This document shows, piece by piece, positions 52,897 through 63,321 of a DNA stretch of 64,000 nucleotides. Positions within the stretch are counted from its first letter, which is position 1, and each line of letters begins with the position of its first letter. The position numbers and the translations under genes were made by a program. Location of the stretch: contig CBFHNF010000003.1 of assembly GCA_965657135.1 (NCBI GenBank), forward strand, positions 6,836 to 70,835, read 5' to 3'. Below the pieces are notes generated by a model. That model made no database searches. It was not told where the DNA came from and saw nothing but the letters and a program-made list of their open reading frames with translations. The stretch is from an uncultured Rhodobacteraceae bacterium. Its GTDB lineage: Bacteria > Pseudomonadota > Alphaproteobacteria > Rhodobacterales > Rhodobacteraceae.

Positions 52897-53017
52897 TAAT
52901 CACAAGGCGCGAAGACACGGGGTGACTGTGTCCCGTGAAGTGGAGATATATCTCATGTGTAGTCGTCTTACAGACAACAAAAAAATTATAACACAGTTCA
53001 CGGATTTAGGCGGTACA

Positions 53018-56000
53018 ATGAAAATTGAACGTAAGTTTACTAAGGCAGGTCAGGATGCATATGCGAACATCGAGTTTGTCACAACATCCTCGGAAATTCG
53101 TAACCCAGACGGAACAATTGTCTTTCATTTAGATAATGTTGAAGTCCCCAAGGCATGGTCACAAGTCGCGAGTGACGTAATCGCACAAAAATATTTCCGC
53201 AAAGCAGGCGTCCCCGTCGCAGTAAAGTCTGTACGTGAAAAAGATGTTCCAGAATTCTTGTGGCGCAGCGTTGCACAAAGTGCTGATACGGAAAAAACCG
53301 GCGAAACCTCTGCAAAGCAGGTGTTTGATCGTTTGGCCGGCGCGTGGGCATATTGGGGTTGGAAAGGTGGATATTTCACCACTGAAGAAGATGCGAGCGC
53401 TTATTTCGACGAAATGCGTTACATGTTGGCAAACCAAATGGCTGCACCCAACAGCCCGCAATGGTTTAATACGGGATTGCACTGGGCCTACGGGATCGAT
53501 GGTCCAAGCCAAGGACACCACTATGTCGATTATAAGTCAGGCAAATTGGTGAAATCCAACAGCGCCTATGAACACCCCCAACCACATGCTTGCTTTATTC
53601 AGTCTGTGTCAGACGACTTGGTGAACGAAGGTGGGATCATGGACCTATGGGTACGTGAGGCACGTTTATTTAAATATGGCTCGGGCACAGGCACCAACTT
53701 TAGCTCTCTTCGTGGCGAAGGTGAGGCTCTCTCCGGTGGCGGCAAATCTTCGGGTTTGATGGGGTTTTTGAAGATCGGTGATCGCTCTGCCGGTGCAATT
53801 AAATCTGGTGGCACAACCCGCCGCGCAGCCAAAATGGTTATTTGCGACGCAGATCACCCCGATATCGAGGAATTCATCAATTGGAAGGTGAAAGAAGAAC
53901 AAAAGGTTGCGTCAATCGTTGCAGGTTCGAAAATGCACGAACAACGCTTGAACGAGATATTCTCAGCCATTCGTGCATGGGATGGATCATCGGAGGATGC
54001 AGTAGATCCAGCCAAGAATGATACGCTGAAGAAAGCGATCCGCGAAGCCAAAAAGGTTGCCATTCCCGAAACATACGTCAAACGTGTTTTGGATTATGCA
54101 CGCCAAGGGTACACGTCCATTGAATTCCCAACATACGATACGGATTGGGATTCAGAGGCTTATGCGTCGGTTTCAGGACAGAACTCTAACAACTCAATCC
54201 GCGTCACAGATGCATTTTTAAAGGCTGTTGAAGAGGACGGTGATTGGAATTTAATCCGTCGAACAGATGGCGGTGTTGCAAAAACGATTAAGGCCCGCGA
54301 TTTATGGCAAGACGTAGGGCACGCCGCCTGGGCCTGCGCCGATCCTGGAATTCAGTTTCACGATACAGTGAATGCATGGCACACTTGCCCTGCAGATGGC
54401 GAAATTCGTGGATCAAACCCGTGTTCGGAATATATGTTCCTTGATGATACGGCCTGTAACCTAGCATCAATGAATTTGCTAACATTCCTCAAAGATGGCG
54501 AGTTCCAGTCAGAGGAATACATGCACGCAACCCGTCTATGGACGGTGACATTGGAAATTTCGGTTCTGATGGCGCAATTCCCGTCCAAAGAGATCGCGCA
54601 GCGCTCTTACGATTTCCGTACTTTGGGTTTGGGTTATGCAAACATCGGCGGATTGCTGATGAATATGGGTTATGGCTATGACAGCGATGAAGGCCGCGCG
54701 CTTTGCGGAGCACTGACTGCGATCATGACTGGTGTATCCTATGCGACATCCGCCGAAATGGCCTCAGAATTAGGAGCCTTCCCAGGGTATGCTAAAAATG
54801 CCGAACATATGTTGCGCGTCATTCGCAACCACCGTCGCGCTGCGCAATCAGCAACAGACGGGTATGAAGCATTGGCCGTAAAGCCCGTTCCACTGGATCA
54901 TGGCAATTGCCCTGACAAATCATTGATCGATTTGTCCTTGGCAGCTTGGGACAATGCGTTGGCCTTGGGTGAAAAACACGGCTATCGCAACGCCCAAGTG
55001 TCCGTGATTGCACCAACAGGGACAATCGGTTTGGTGATGGATTGCGATACAACCGGGATCGAGCCTGATTTTGCACTGGTAAAATTCAAAAAGCTTGCAG
55101 GTGGTGGATATTTCAAAATCATCAACCAATCTGTCCCTGCGGCACTTGCAAAACTGGGATACGGTTCTGCCCAAATCCAAGAAATTGTATCCTATGCGGT
55201 GGGTCACGGCTCTATTGGCAATGCTCCTGTTATCAATCATACCAGTTTGATCGGAAACGGCTTTGGCAAGTCAGAGTTGGAGAAAATCGAAGGCGCATTA
55301 GGCTCGGCATTCGACATCCGCTTTGTGTTCAACCAGTGGACCTTGGGTGAAGAATTCTGCACGAAAGTGTTGGGAATCCCTCAGGCAAAGCTATCTGACC
55401 CATCTTTTGATATGCTGCGCCATTTAGGATACTCCAAAGCGAATATTGATGCGGCAAACGATCACGTCTGTGGAACCATGACATTAGAGGGCGCTCCGCA
55501 TCTAAAGGATGAGCACTTGAACATCTTTGATTGTGCCAATCCTTGTGGCAAAAAGGGCAAGCGTTACTTGTCTGTAAACAGCCACATCACGATGATGGCG
55601 GCGGCACAATCGTTCATTTCCGGCGCAATCTCGAAAACGATCAATATGCCGAATGATGCGACGATTGAAGATTGTCAAAAAGCATATGAGCTAAGCTGGT
55701 CATTGGGTACCAAGGCAAACGCGCTTTATCGTGACGGTTCGAAATTGTCCCAACCCTTGGCAGCGGCCTTGATCGAAGACGATGAAGAAGCGGCTGAAAT
55801 CCTTGAAACAGGATCAACACAAGAAAAGGCGGCCGTTATCGCCGAAAAGATCATCGAAAAGGTTGTGATCAAAGAGATCATCAAAACCGAACGCGAAAAA
55901 ATGCCAGAGCGCCGCAAGGGATACACGCAAAAGGCCATCGTTGGTGGACACAAGGTGTATTTGCGCACAGGCGAGTATTCTGATGGTTCTTTGGGTGAAA

Positions 56001-56641
56001 TCTTTATCGACATGCACAAAGAGGGCGCAGGGTTCCGCGCGATGATGAACAACTTTGCCATCGCCGTGTCGGTTGGTTTGCAATATGGTGTTCCACTGGA
56101 AGAGTTTGTTGACGCCTTTACCTTTACCAAGTTTGAGCCATCAGGCATGGTGCAGGGCAACGATAGCATTAAAAACGCAACCTCGATCCTTGACTACATC
56201 TTCCGTGAATTGGCTGTTAGCTATCTGGATCGGACTGATCTGGCACACGTTAAACCTGCCGGGGCAAGCTTTGATGACCTACACAAAGGTGATGAGGGTG
56301 CAAATGCTACAGACATCAGTGAAGATAGTGCAACTAAGTCACTGGAAATGCTGAAATCTATCAGTTCAACGGGATACCTAAGAAAGCGTTTACCACAAGA
56401 ATTGATGTCGCTAAAACCTTCTGCTGACACTGCGCCGATGGCACTTGATGTCACGACGAACGCAGATGCCGTCGCCACCGCAGCAGTAAGCGCGCCTGCC
56501 ACAACGCTGGACGAGCGGACAAAAGCGAAAATGCAGGGATATGAAGGTGAGGCCTGTGGCGATTGTGGAAACTATACACTCGTGCGCAATGGCACCTGTA
56601 TGAAATGCAACACCTGCGGCGCAACATCTGGCTGTAGCTAA
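53018..56641 (+). CDS. nrdJ: class II (adenosylcobalamin-dependent) ribonucleotide reductase
   Basis: [42 protein letters not shown]-terminal CxxC...CMKCNTCG; start MKIERKF at 53018. Confidence 0.96.
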   Translation: MKIERKFTKAGQDAYANIEFVTTSSEIRNPDGTIVFHLDNVEVPKAWSQVASDVIAQKYFRKAGVPVAVKSVREKDVPEFLWRSVAQSADTEKTGETSAKQVFDRLAGAWAYWGWKGGYFTTEEDASAYFDEMRYMLANQMAAPNSPQWFNTGLHWAYGIDGPSQGHHYVDYKSGKLVKSNSAYEHPQPHACFIQSVSDDLVNEGGIMDLWVREARLFKYGSGTGTNFSSLRGEGEALSGGGKSSGLMGFLKIGDRSAGAIKSGGTTRRAAKMVICDADHPDIEEFINWKVKEEQKVASIVAGSKMHEQRLNEIFSAIRAWDGSSEDAVDPAKNDTLKKAIREAKKVAIPETYVKRVLDYARQGYTSIEFPTYDTDWDSEAYASVSGQNSNNSIRVTDAFLKAVEEDGDWNLIRRTDGGVAKTIKARDLWQDVGHAAWACADPGIQFHDTVNAWHTCPADGEIRGSNPCSEYMFLDDTACNLASMNLLTFLKDGEFQSEEYMHATRLWTVTLEISVLMAQFPSKEIAQRSYDFRTLGLGYANIGGLLMNMGYGYDSDEGRALCGALTAIMTGVSYATSAEMASELGAFPGYAKNAEHMLRVIRNHRRAAQSATDGYEALAVKPVPLDHGNCPDKSLIDLSLAAWDNALALGEKHGYRNAQVSVIAPTGTIGLVMDCDTTGIEPDFALVKFKKLAGGGYFKIINQSVPAALAKLGYGSAQIQEIVSYAVGHGSIGNAPVINHTSLIGNGFGKSELEKIEGALGSAFDIRFVFNQWTLGEEFCTKVLGIPQAKLSDPSFDMLRHLGYSKANIDAANDHVCGTMTLEGAPHLKDEHLNIFDCANPCGKKGKRYLSVNSHITMMAAAQSFISGAISKTINMPNDATIEDCQKAYELSWSLGTKANALYRDGSKLSQPLAAALIEDDEEAAEILETGSTQEKAAVIAEKIIEKVVIKEIIKTEREKMPERRKGYTQKAIVGGHKVYLRTGEYSDGSLGEIFIDMHKEGAGFRAMMNNFAIAVSVGLQYGVPLEEFVDAFTFTKFEPSGMVQGNDSIKNATSILDYIFRELAVSYLDRTDLAHVKPAGASFDDLHKGDEGANATDISEDSATKSLEMLKSISSTGYLRKRLPQELMSLKPSADTAPMALDVTTNADAVATAAVSAPATTLDERTKAKMQGYEGEACGDCGNYTLVRNGTCMKCNTCGATSGCS

Positions 56642-56741
56642 TCAGGACACGGGGCGGGTGCGCTCGCCCCTGACGATATTCAAGCCGCAGGCAAAAAAAT
56701 TGATCGAGCAGTATAATGATGAGCTTGAATGTCGAAACTTT

Positions 56742-56768
56742 AAAGGGGGCCTCTGGCCCTCTTTTTTT
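56742..56768 (+). terminator. intrinsic terminator after nrdJ
   Basis: AAAGGGGGCC-tct-GGCCCTCTTT followed by a T run. Confidence 0.75.
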
Positions 56769-56809
56769 ATCTTATCCAGCATTGCTATGATCGCCTTTTC
56801 AAACAGTGT

Positions 56810-57226
56810 TCAAATGGGCAGGCGTGTGTGTTCCACAATTTTCTCCATCACGAAACTTGCCGAAACATCAGAGGGTTCCAGCCGTTCAATCAATTCCTGA
56901 TAAAGGCGGTCATAATCCTGAATATCGCGCACCACAGCGCGTAATAGATAATCCAAATCCCCACTCATCCGATATGCGCCCTGCACCTGAGGTAGAAGCT
57001 TGCAGGTTCGCTCCAATAATTTAATCCAATCTTTACTATGACTTGCGGTCTTTAGTTGAATGAATACTGTTAAATTCAAATCGAATGCAGCCGCATCCAG
57101 AACTGCAACCCGTGATGCAATTACGCCGTTTTGTTCCATTGCGCGAATGCGTTTCCAAACCGCGTTACGTGACAAACCAACGCTGTCTGAAATTTGATCA
57201 AGGCTTTGATCACTGTCGCAAACCAT
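56810..57226 (-). pseudogene. Lrp/AsnC regulator lacking its first HTH helix (5' truncated)
   Basis: SLDQISDSVGLSRNAVWKRIRAMEQNGVI, YRMSGDLDYLL, VSASFVME. The usual MDxxDRxIL N-terminus is absent and replaced by MFS sequence. Confidence 0.7.
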
Positions 57227-57327
57227 GGCAAAATCAACAGCATCAGGCCATCTGCAAAATTTGAAGCCACGCCACCAATAAGCAATTGTCGAAAGTTGTG
57301 ATTTAAACGAAATAAATACAATACCAT
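57214..57327 (-). pseudogene. 5' fragment (38 codons) of an MFS transporter gene fused out of frame onto the Lrp gene
   Basis: MVLYLFRLNHNFRQLLIGGVASNFADGLMLLILPWFAT resembles MFS TM1 (N.NFR.L....SN..DG....LPW.AT) and then runs into the Lrp DNA. Confidence 0.65.
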
Positions 57328-57374
57328 TTCACGAATGATACAACCTTTGGTCAAATCCACAAGATCGCGAAATT

Positions 57375-58016
57375 TTACTGCTCAGCAAGCTGAGCCAAAA
57401 CATCATCAATCACACGCTGCCATAATTCTGGGGGCTGTGCCCCAGGGAGGGCGTGCCGACCCGCGACGATGAATGTTGGAACGGAATTGATCCCCATTTC
57501 ACGTGCGGCGGCGTCTTTGTTACGAATGTCCTCGGCATCGGCATCCGATAACAGCAGTTTGCGCGTGACAGCCGCATCCATGCCACCTGCATCTGCAACA
57601 TCGGATAACACGTCAACGTCCCCGATATCGCGGCCTTCAATAAAATAGGCTTTGAACAGGGCCGAAACGATCGGTGTTTGAACGCCCTCAATTCCAGCCC
57701 AATGGATCAAGCGATGGGCGTTCAGGGTGTTTGGTGTCACCTTGATCCCTTCTAGGTTTATATTTAGCCCCGCTTTTTCAGCGTGTTCTGCAACGGGCAA
57801 ATAAGCCTTGATTGCATTATCCTTACCACCGAACTTTCCCTCTAAATATGCGCGACGATCCATTCCGCCATCTGGCATGTCAGGGTTTAGTTGAAACGGG
57901 TGCCATTCAATCGTGAAGGGGTGATTTGGTCGGCTTTCTAATGCACGATCCAAATGGGTTTTCCCAATAAAACACCAAGGACATATTGGATCTGAGAAGA
58001 TATCGAGTTTAATCAT
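57375..58016 (-). CDS. DsbA/FrnE-family oxidoreductase
   Basis: FSDPICPWCFIG, WHPFQLNP, NTLNAHRL, GINSVPTF, GAQP. Confidence 0.9.
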   Translation of the reverse strand: MIKLDIFSDPICPWCFIGKTHLDRALESRPNHPFTIEWHPFQLNPDMPDGGMDRRAYLEGKFGGKDNAIKAYLPVAEHAEKAGLNINLEGIKVTPNTLNAHRLIHWAGIEGVQTPIVSALFKAYFIEGRDIGDVDVLSDVADAGGMDAAVTRKLLLSDADAEDIRNKDAAAREMGINSVPTFIVAGRHALPGAQPPELWQRVIDDVLAQLAEQ

Positions 58017-58017
58017 G

Positions 58018-59544
58018 TCACAGATCCTTCATCTGGCGCAGGGCATTTCGATTGATTTTGCCGTTTGAATTAAGGGGTAATGCCTTTAGGCGGACATAGG
58101 CTTTTGGTTGCTTGTACTGCGCAAGGTGGGCTTGGGCAAATTCTTTTAGGGTGCTTTCAATGTCCCGTTGCTGAGATGTATAAAATGCAACAATGATTTT
58201 GACATCGCTTTTTATTTCAACTTCGACACATGCGATGGAGTCAATACCGTTTACTTGTCCAAAGGTTTGCTCGAGTTCGATTGGCGAGACGCGAAATCCC
58301 CCTGCATTCATCATGTCATCGTTACGACCCGTATAATAATAGGCCCCATTTTTACCGATGCGGGCATGATCCCCAGTTAAAAACCAATCTTGTGCAAATT
58401 TACTGGCCGTTTCTGTGTCGGCATTGTAATAGCCCAACATCAACCCTGGATCATCCTTGTGAACGGCGATGATACCTTCTTCGCCCTCTAGGGCGGGGTG
58501 ATTTGGATTATCAATCGATCGAAGAGATATTTTGCGCCCGTGTTGAGGCCAGCCAAGTGCTGTGTCTTTACTGGGACGGGACGGGGAAGAGGAAAGAAAC
58601 GTCGAACATTCCGACATGCCAAACGCCTCATGGATATCAACACCTGTTTTTTTGCGCCACGTCTCTCTGATTTTTGGAGATAATTTTTCTCCCGCTGACA
58701 GAACATGACGCAGCTTCGATATCGTAAATTGTTCGGGCAGATCCGAATTTAGTTTCCGAATAACTCCAGGTGCGGCGGCGAATAAGGTAGCATCGTGGCG
58801 TGACAGCAAAAGAGGCAATAAGCTTAGTTCTATTTTTTGATCAGGGATCAAGGCGGTTGCACCAACGCTCCATGGATCCATCAGCCCCGTACCCAATGTG
58901 AATGTCCAATTAAACGCACCTGCGTGTAACAAACGGTCTTCCCCCGATAATTCATACCAATCACGGATCATCATGCGCCGCGCCCATATCGCACGGTGTG
59001 CATGCATCACCGCCCTAGGACGTCCCGAAGTCCCAGAGGTATAAACGATATAGGCCAATCGACTTGGGTCACCGCGATCAAATTGGGCATTGGGCAATGT
59101 CTTAAATTGCGACAGGTGCATTAATGTTGCGACCTTGATCGTGCTGGGGGCAAGAGCAGCGATGTCATCATGCACAATCAATTTTGGCCTGATTTCATCA
59201 ATGATATGCGCAACCTCTGGCGCGCTAAGCTGGCTCGATGTAGGTACAGGAATTGCGCCAATCGCGATGGATGCAAGGTAGGTGATTGGAAAATCGACCG
59301 TATTCCCAAGGCGCATTAAAATCCGATCTCCAGGGGTGATCCCTAGGTTTAAAAAACCCTGCGCCACTCCTAAGACATCTGACTGTAACTGTGCATAGCT
59401 AAATCTACGCGCCCCAGAATTTGATAAAACCGATAGCGCGACTTTTTCAGGTGATAGATCCGCATGTGCCAAGACATATTCGGCCATATTGAACGCTGTC
59501 GGACAGGGGGCGTGTATATCACTTATATCTGGATAGGAATTCAT
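58018..59544 (-). CDS. class I adenylate-forming enzyme (acyl/aryl-CoA ligase)
   Basis: YTSGTSGRP, SAGEKL, EAFGMSECS, WFLTGD, GRNDDMMNAGGFRVSP, NGKINR. Confidence 0.88.
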   Translation of the reverse strand: MNSYPDISDIHAPCPTAFNMAEYVLAHADLSPEKVALSVLSNSGARRFSYAQLQSDVLGVAQGFLNLGITPGDRILMRLGNTVDFPITYLASIAIGAIPVPTSSQLSAPEVAHIIDEIRPKLIVHDDIAALAPSTIKVATLMHLSQFKTLPNAQFDRGDPSRLAYIVYTSGTSGRPRAVMHAHRAIWARRMMIRDWYELSGEDRLLHAGAFNWTFTLGTGLMDPWSVGATALIPDQKIELSLLPLLLSRHDATLFAAAPGVIRKLNSDLPEQFTISKLRHVLSAGEKLSPKIRETWRKKTGVDIHEAFGMSECSTFLSSSPSRPSKDTALGWPQHGRKISLRSIDNPNHPALEGEEGIIAVHKDDPGLMLGYYNADTETASKFAQDWFLTGDHARIGKNGAYYYTGRNDDMMNAGGFRVSPIELEQTFGQVNGIDSIACVEVEIKSDVKIIVAFYTSQQRDIESTLKEFAQAHLAQYKQPKAYVRLKALPLNSNGKINRNALRQMKDL

Positions 59545-59608
59545 GGATTTTTCCTATGCCAGAGGTCATTCAGTTGCAAGCCTTCGCTGTGCGCTGTATA
59601 CGACCCGC

Positions 59609-60232
59609 ATGAGTGAAACAGACCCAAAACAACTGATCAAGATTGCGCGAGAAAATGGATCTGAGGATTTTGCAGAACCTCTGAATTTAGGATCGCGTGT
59701 GCGTGATTTGCGAAAAGCGCGCAATTGGACATTGGAACAGGCCGCACAACATGCAGGCCTTGCACGATCGACGTTATCAAAAATTGAAAATGGCCAAATG
59801 TCGCCAACTTATGATGCGTTGAAAAAATTGGCGGTTGGTTTGGATATTTCTGTCCCTCAGCTGTTCACACCACCGGTCAAAGATCAGATCAATGGTCGCA
59901 TGGTTGTGACCAAAAACGGGCAGGGCACTGCCCATGCCACAACAACATATGAACATGAATTGCTGGCAGATGGGCTGACCAAAAAACAAATGCTGCCCTA
60001 CCGCGCACGTGTTCGCGCCCGCACGATTGAGGAATTTGACGGCTGGGTGCGCCATGATGGGGAAGAGTTTTTATACGTCCTAACGGGCGTTATTTGTTTA
60101 TATACCGAGTTTTATGAACCGATTGAAATGCGTCGCGGCGACACTGCCTATTATGATGCCAGTATGGGACATAACGTTATTTCACTTAGTGATGAGGACG
60201 CGACAATTCTCTGGGTTACAGCCCTAACTTAA
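59609..60232 (+). CDS. XRE-family HTH regulator with cupin domain
   Basis: LGSRVRDLRK..WTLEQAA...ARSTLSKIENGQMSPT; HDGEEFLYVLTG, GD..YYD..MGH. Confidence 0.9.
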   Translation: MSETDPKQLIKIARENGSEDFAEPLNLGSRVRDLRKARNWTLEQAAQHAGLARSTLSKIENGQMSPTYDALKKLAVGLDISVPQLFTPPVKDQINGRMVVTKNGQGTAHATTTYEHELLADGLTKKQMLPYRARVRARTIEEFDGWVRHDGEEFLYVLTGVICLYTEFYEPIEMRRGDTAYYDASMGHNVISLSDEDATILWVTALT

Positions 60233-60377
60233 GGATCGCACGCGGCGATACAGAGTTTGGTGTAATTGTCGTACTGACCTTTACGTTTTTGCTTGGTGCA
60301 CCTTGAATCGTCATGCTTGGTTTAACTTGACAGGCACCCAAAGTAACCGCGATCACAATTAATAAAAATAGTCTCAT
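60216..60377 (-). CDS. putative small lipoprotein (53 aa)
   Basis: AAGGGG RBS; MRLFLLIVIAVTLGAC signal with LGA|C lipobox; starts 12 nt after the SBP stop. Confidence 0.55.
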   Translation of the reverse strand: MRLFLLIVIAVTLGACQVKPSMTIQGAPSKNVKVSTTITPNSVSPRAILKLGL

Positions 60378-60388
60378 TATATCGCCCC

Positions 60389-62200
60389 TTATTGCTTGCT
60401 CCACCAAACATCAGGGAAAAACCCAATGCGATCCCCATATATTGGTGTGCGTTTTGGAAACTCCAAATGTGATTTATGTGCAATACGACTGGGGCCATTG
60501 TGGTAAATCGGAATAACATATCGCCCAGCTGTCAAAACACGATCCATTGCACGAACAGCATCCAAAAATTCTTGACGCGACTTTGCTGTGTTCAAGGCGT
60601 CAATCATCGCATCCAGTGCTGGGGATTTAACACCCATCAAATTTCGCGTGCCCTCAACGTCCGCGTATTCTTGACCCCAATACAAGCGTTGTTCGTTACC
60701 AGGTGATAGCGAGAGGGAACGCGCAAAAGGTGTCATGTCAAAATCCAACGATTTGCGGCGCTCGGCATATTGCGCACCATCAACCAAATCGACTTCGACC
60801 GTTATGCCCAAGCGAGAAAGAGCATCCATATAGAGTTCAACAATAGACAGGTATTCCTGAGCACCTTGGCGCAGTAAAATATTAAAGCGAACAGGTTCTC
60901 CGTCTGCTGCAACCAAGGCCCCATCCATTACGGAATACCCAGCCTGTTCCAACAGGTTTGCTGCCACACGCATATTTTTGCGATTTCGTTCAGTTCCATC
61001 CGTGTTTGGAAAGCGATACCCAGATAGCGTATCAGGCAATAACTGATCACTAAAGGGGGCCAGCAAGTCCGCAACCCCATCCGTTGCCGCGCCTGCGCGC
61101 ATGCCAAGGATTGAGTTGCCAAAGTAGCTTTGAATTCGGTCTTGGCGACCTCCAGTTTGCGTATCATTGATATATTCAAAGTTAAACGCTTCAATCATCG
61201 CCTGACGCACACGCCAATCTGCAAACAATTCGCGTCGTGTATTCATGACCAACCCACGCATTCCGGTGGGGCGTTGATGTGGAATTTCGGATTTCACCAT
61301 ATCCCCGTTTTGCATCGCAGGAAAATTATACTGTGTTTCCCATTGTTCTGCGTTGCCTTCACGCATCATATCGATTTCACCCGACTTAAAGGCTTCAAAC
61401 AACACGGCTGCGTCACCAAAATATTCGAGTTTGATTTCATCAAAATTGTTTGTACCCCGACGAAATCCCAGATCGCGCCCCCAATAGTTTGCGTCACGAG
61501 TCAGTGTGATGCTGCGCCCAGCGTCGACGGATGAAATCACATAGGGTGCAGATGTTATTGGATTAACATCCAGCCCCGATTCCGTGAAATCGACACCGTC
61601 CCATTGTGCCTTTTTCAAGATAGGGCGCATGCCTGCCAAAAGTGCGAGCTCTGGGTTATCTTCGTTGAATGTTAAGCGAAGCGAGCGGGGGCCTGTTTTT
61701 TCGATTGTTTCGATTTTTTCCCATAATCCACGGTAGCGCCAATGCCCAACCGTTCCCAAGGTTTCATAAGACCAAAGAACATCTTCGACTGTGACAGGGC
61801 TGCCGTCGGAAAAACGTGCCTCTGGCCTTAGGTTAAATTCCACCCATTCGCGGTTTGGCCCCGTTTCGATCGTTTCCGCCAACACTCCATATAGTGTGAA
61901 CGGCTCGTCCCATGATCTTCCCATCAGCGTTTCATAGGCCCAAAAGCGCAGCTGCCAAGGGGCACGTCCTTTGATGATATGTGGGTTCAGCGAATCGAAT
62001 CCCCCGACTTCACCAAGAATCAGTCTTCCTCCCTTGGGTGCATTGGGATTCGCATACGGCAGCGAAACAAAATTTTCCTCCAGATCAGGTGTTCCATACA
62101 TTGAAATCGCGCCAATCGGTTCTGCCGTGGCGGGTGTGGATATAATGGCCACACCTATGGCGATAGCCTTAATTCCTTGGTGAATCTTGGAAAACATCAT
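60389..62200 (-). CDS. ABC transporter substrate-binding protein, family 5 (YejA-like)
   Basis: Signal peptide, AISMYG.P, YANPNAPKGG, FDSLNP, EARFSDG.PVT.EDV, FADWRVRQA. Confidence 0.9.
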   Translation of the reverse strand: MMFSKIHQGIKAIAIGVAIISTPATAEPIGAISMYGTPDLEENFVSLPYANPNAPKGGRLILGEVGGFDSLNPHIIKGRAPWQLRFWAYETLMGRSWDEPFTLYGVLAETIETGPNREWVEFNLRPEARFSDGSPVTVEDVLWSYETLGTVGHWRYRGLWEKIETIEKTGPRSLRLTFNEDNPELALLAGMRPILKKAQWDGVDFTESGLDVNPITSAPYVISSVDAGRSITLTRDANYWGRDLGFRRGTNNFDEIKLEYFGDAAVLFEAFKSGEIDMMREGNAEQWETQYNFPAMQNGDMVKSEIPHQRPTGMRGLVMNTRRELFADWRVRQAMIEAFNFEYINDTQTGGRQDRIQSYFGNSILGMRAGAATDGVADLLAPFSDQLLPDTLSGYRFPNTDGTERNRKNMRVAANLLEQAGYSVMDGALVAADGEPVRFNILLRQGAQEYLSIVELYMDALSRLGITVEVDLVDGAQYAERRKSLDFDMTPFARSLSLSPGNEQRLYWGQEYADVEGTRNLMGVKSPALDAMIDALNTAKSRQEFLDAVRAMDRVLTAGRYVIPIYHNGPSRIAHKSHLEFPKRTPIYGDRIGFFPDVWWSKQ

Positions 62201-62273
62201 GCGTTTCTCGTTTTAATTTTCATGCTCTGATCATCAGCGTAAAGCTCAATCTGTCAAAATTCAAACTTTTAGC

Positions 62274-62302
62274 TTGGAGTGGACATAGATTAACGGTATA
62301 AA
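62274..62302 (+). promoter_or_regulatory. sigma70-like promoter
   Basis: TTGGAG (62274-79), 17 nt, TATAAA (62297-302). Confidence 0.55.
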
Positions 62303-62308
62303 GAGGAT

Positions 62309-62384
62309 ACTGCTCGATAGGTTTCTTGCCTGTATGAAACCTGCCTCAATGACTTGGCGCCTGCTTTCGCAGGCGCTTTTTTTT
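62309..62384 (+). ncRNA. candidate ~76-nt sRNA (or terminated leader) upstream of bdhA
   Basis: After the promoter come hairpin AGGTTTC/GAAACCT, a linker GCCTCAATGACTTG and a strong terminator GCGCCTGC-tttc-GCAGGCGC-T8. No gene ends here on the + strand. Confidence 0.6.
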
Positions 62385-62464
62385 GTTCTGATGATCAAGA
62401 TCGCTTGTTTCAGCGACGCAAACGCGAAATAAGGACGTCAGATAGTTTAGAAGGAGCCAGTTAG

Positions 62465-63238
62465 ATGGAATTGTCAGGTAAGCGCGCTGTCATTACTGGG
62501 TCAACATCTGGTATTGGATTGGGCATCGCCCGTGCAATGGCGAAGGCAGGAGCAGATATTGTCCTAAACTCGTTCACGAATGAAGATTCAGATCACGCAT
62601 TGGCCGCTAGCATAGCAGCCGAATTTGGCGTGAATGCTACTTTCATACAGGCTGATATGACCAGTCCCGATGCATGCCGCGGGTTAATCAACGCCCATGA
62701 AACCTGTGACATTCTTATAAATAATGCAGGGATACAGCACGTCGCGCCAATTGATGATTTTCCGGTGGAAAAATGGGATGCCATCATTGCCATTAACCTG
62801 AGTTCAGCATTTCATACAACGGCGGCAGCATTGCCAAAAATGCGCGCGTCAGGATGGGGCAGAGTGATCAATATTTCATCTGCTCATGGCCTGACCGCAT
62901 CTCCATTTAAGTCTGCCTATATCGCTGCAAAACACGGTATCATTGGTTTAACAAAAACCACGGCATTAGAAACAGCAGAAGAGCCCATTACCGCGAATGC
63001 GATCTGCCCTGGCTATGTCCTCACGCCCTTGGTCGAAGCACAACTTCCCGCTACAATGGAAAAATACGGGATGGGTCGTGATGAAGTCATAAAAAAGGTC
63101 ATGTTAGAGCGCCAGCCCAGTCGTGAATTCGCAACTGTCGAACAGCTGGGTGGCACTTGTGTGTTCCTGTCCTCTCCCTCGGCAGATCAGATAACGGGTA
63201 CCACGCTAAGTGTAGATGGTGGTTGGACAGCGTTATAA
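62465..63238 (+). CDS. bdhA: 3-hydroxybutyrate dehydrogenase (SDR)
   Basis: TGSTSGIG, NNAGIQHV, SSAHGL.ASPFKSAYIAAKHG, ICPGYVLTPLV. Confidence 0.92.
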   Translation: MELSGKRAVITGSTSGIGLGIARAMAKAGADIVLNSFTNEDSDHALAASIAAEFGVNATFIQADMTSPDACRGLINAHETCDILINNAGIQHVAPIDDFPVEKWDAIIAINLSSAFHTTAAALPKMRASGWGRVINISSAHGLTASPFKSAYIAAKHGIIGLTKTTALETAEEPITANAICPGYVLTPLVEAQLPATMEKYGMGRDEVIKKVMLERQPSREFATVEQLGGTCVFLSSPSADQITGTTLSVDGGWTAL

Positions 63239-63321
63239 TTCAATACAATTTTGTTTATTTGATTAACTGAATGTTTACTTAATAATCCGCTAATCATTGC
63301 CGAATGCCAAGGCATCCGCGT

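Noticed and set aside
52859-53017. 53-aa N-terminal extension of NrdJ from the ORF track
   Set aside because: It overlaps the NrdR box, and homologous NrdJ proteins begin at MKIER.
53018-56641. Intein or intron in nrdJ
   Set aside because: No splice-junction (C...HN-C/S/T) or LAGLIDADG motifs were seen, and the length fits long-form alphaproteobacterial NrdJ.
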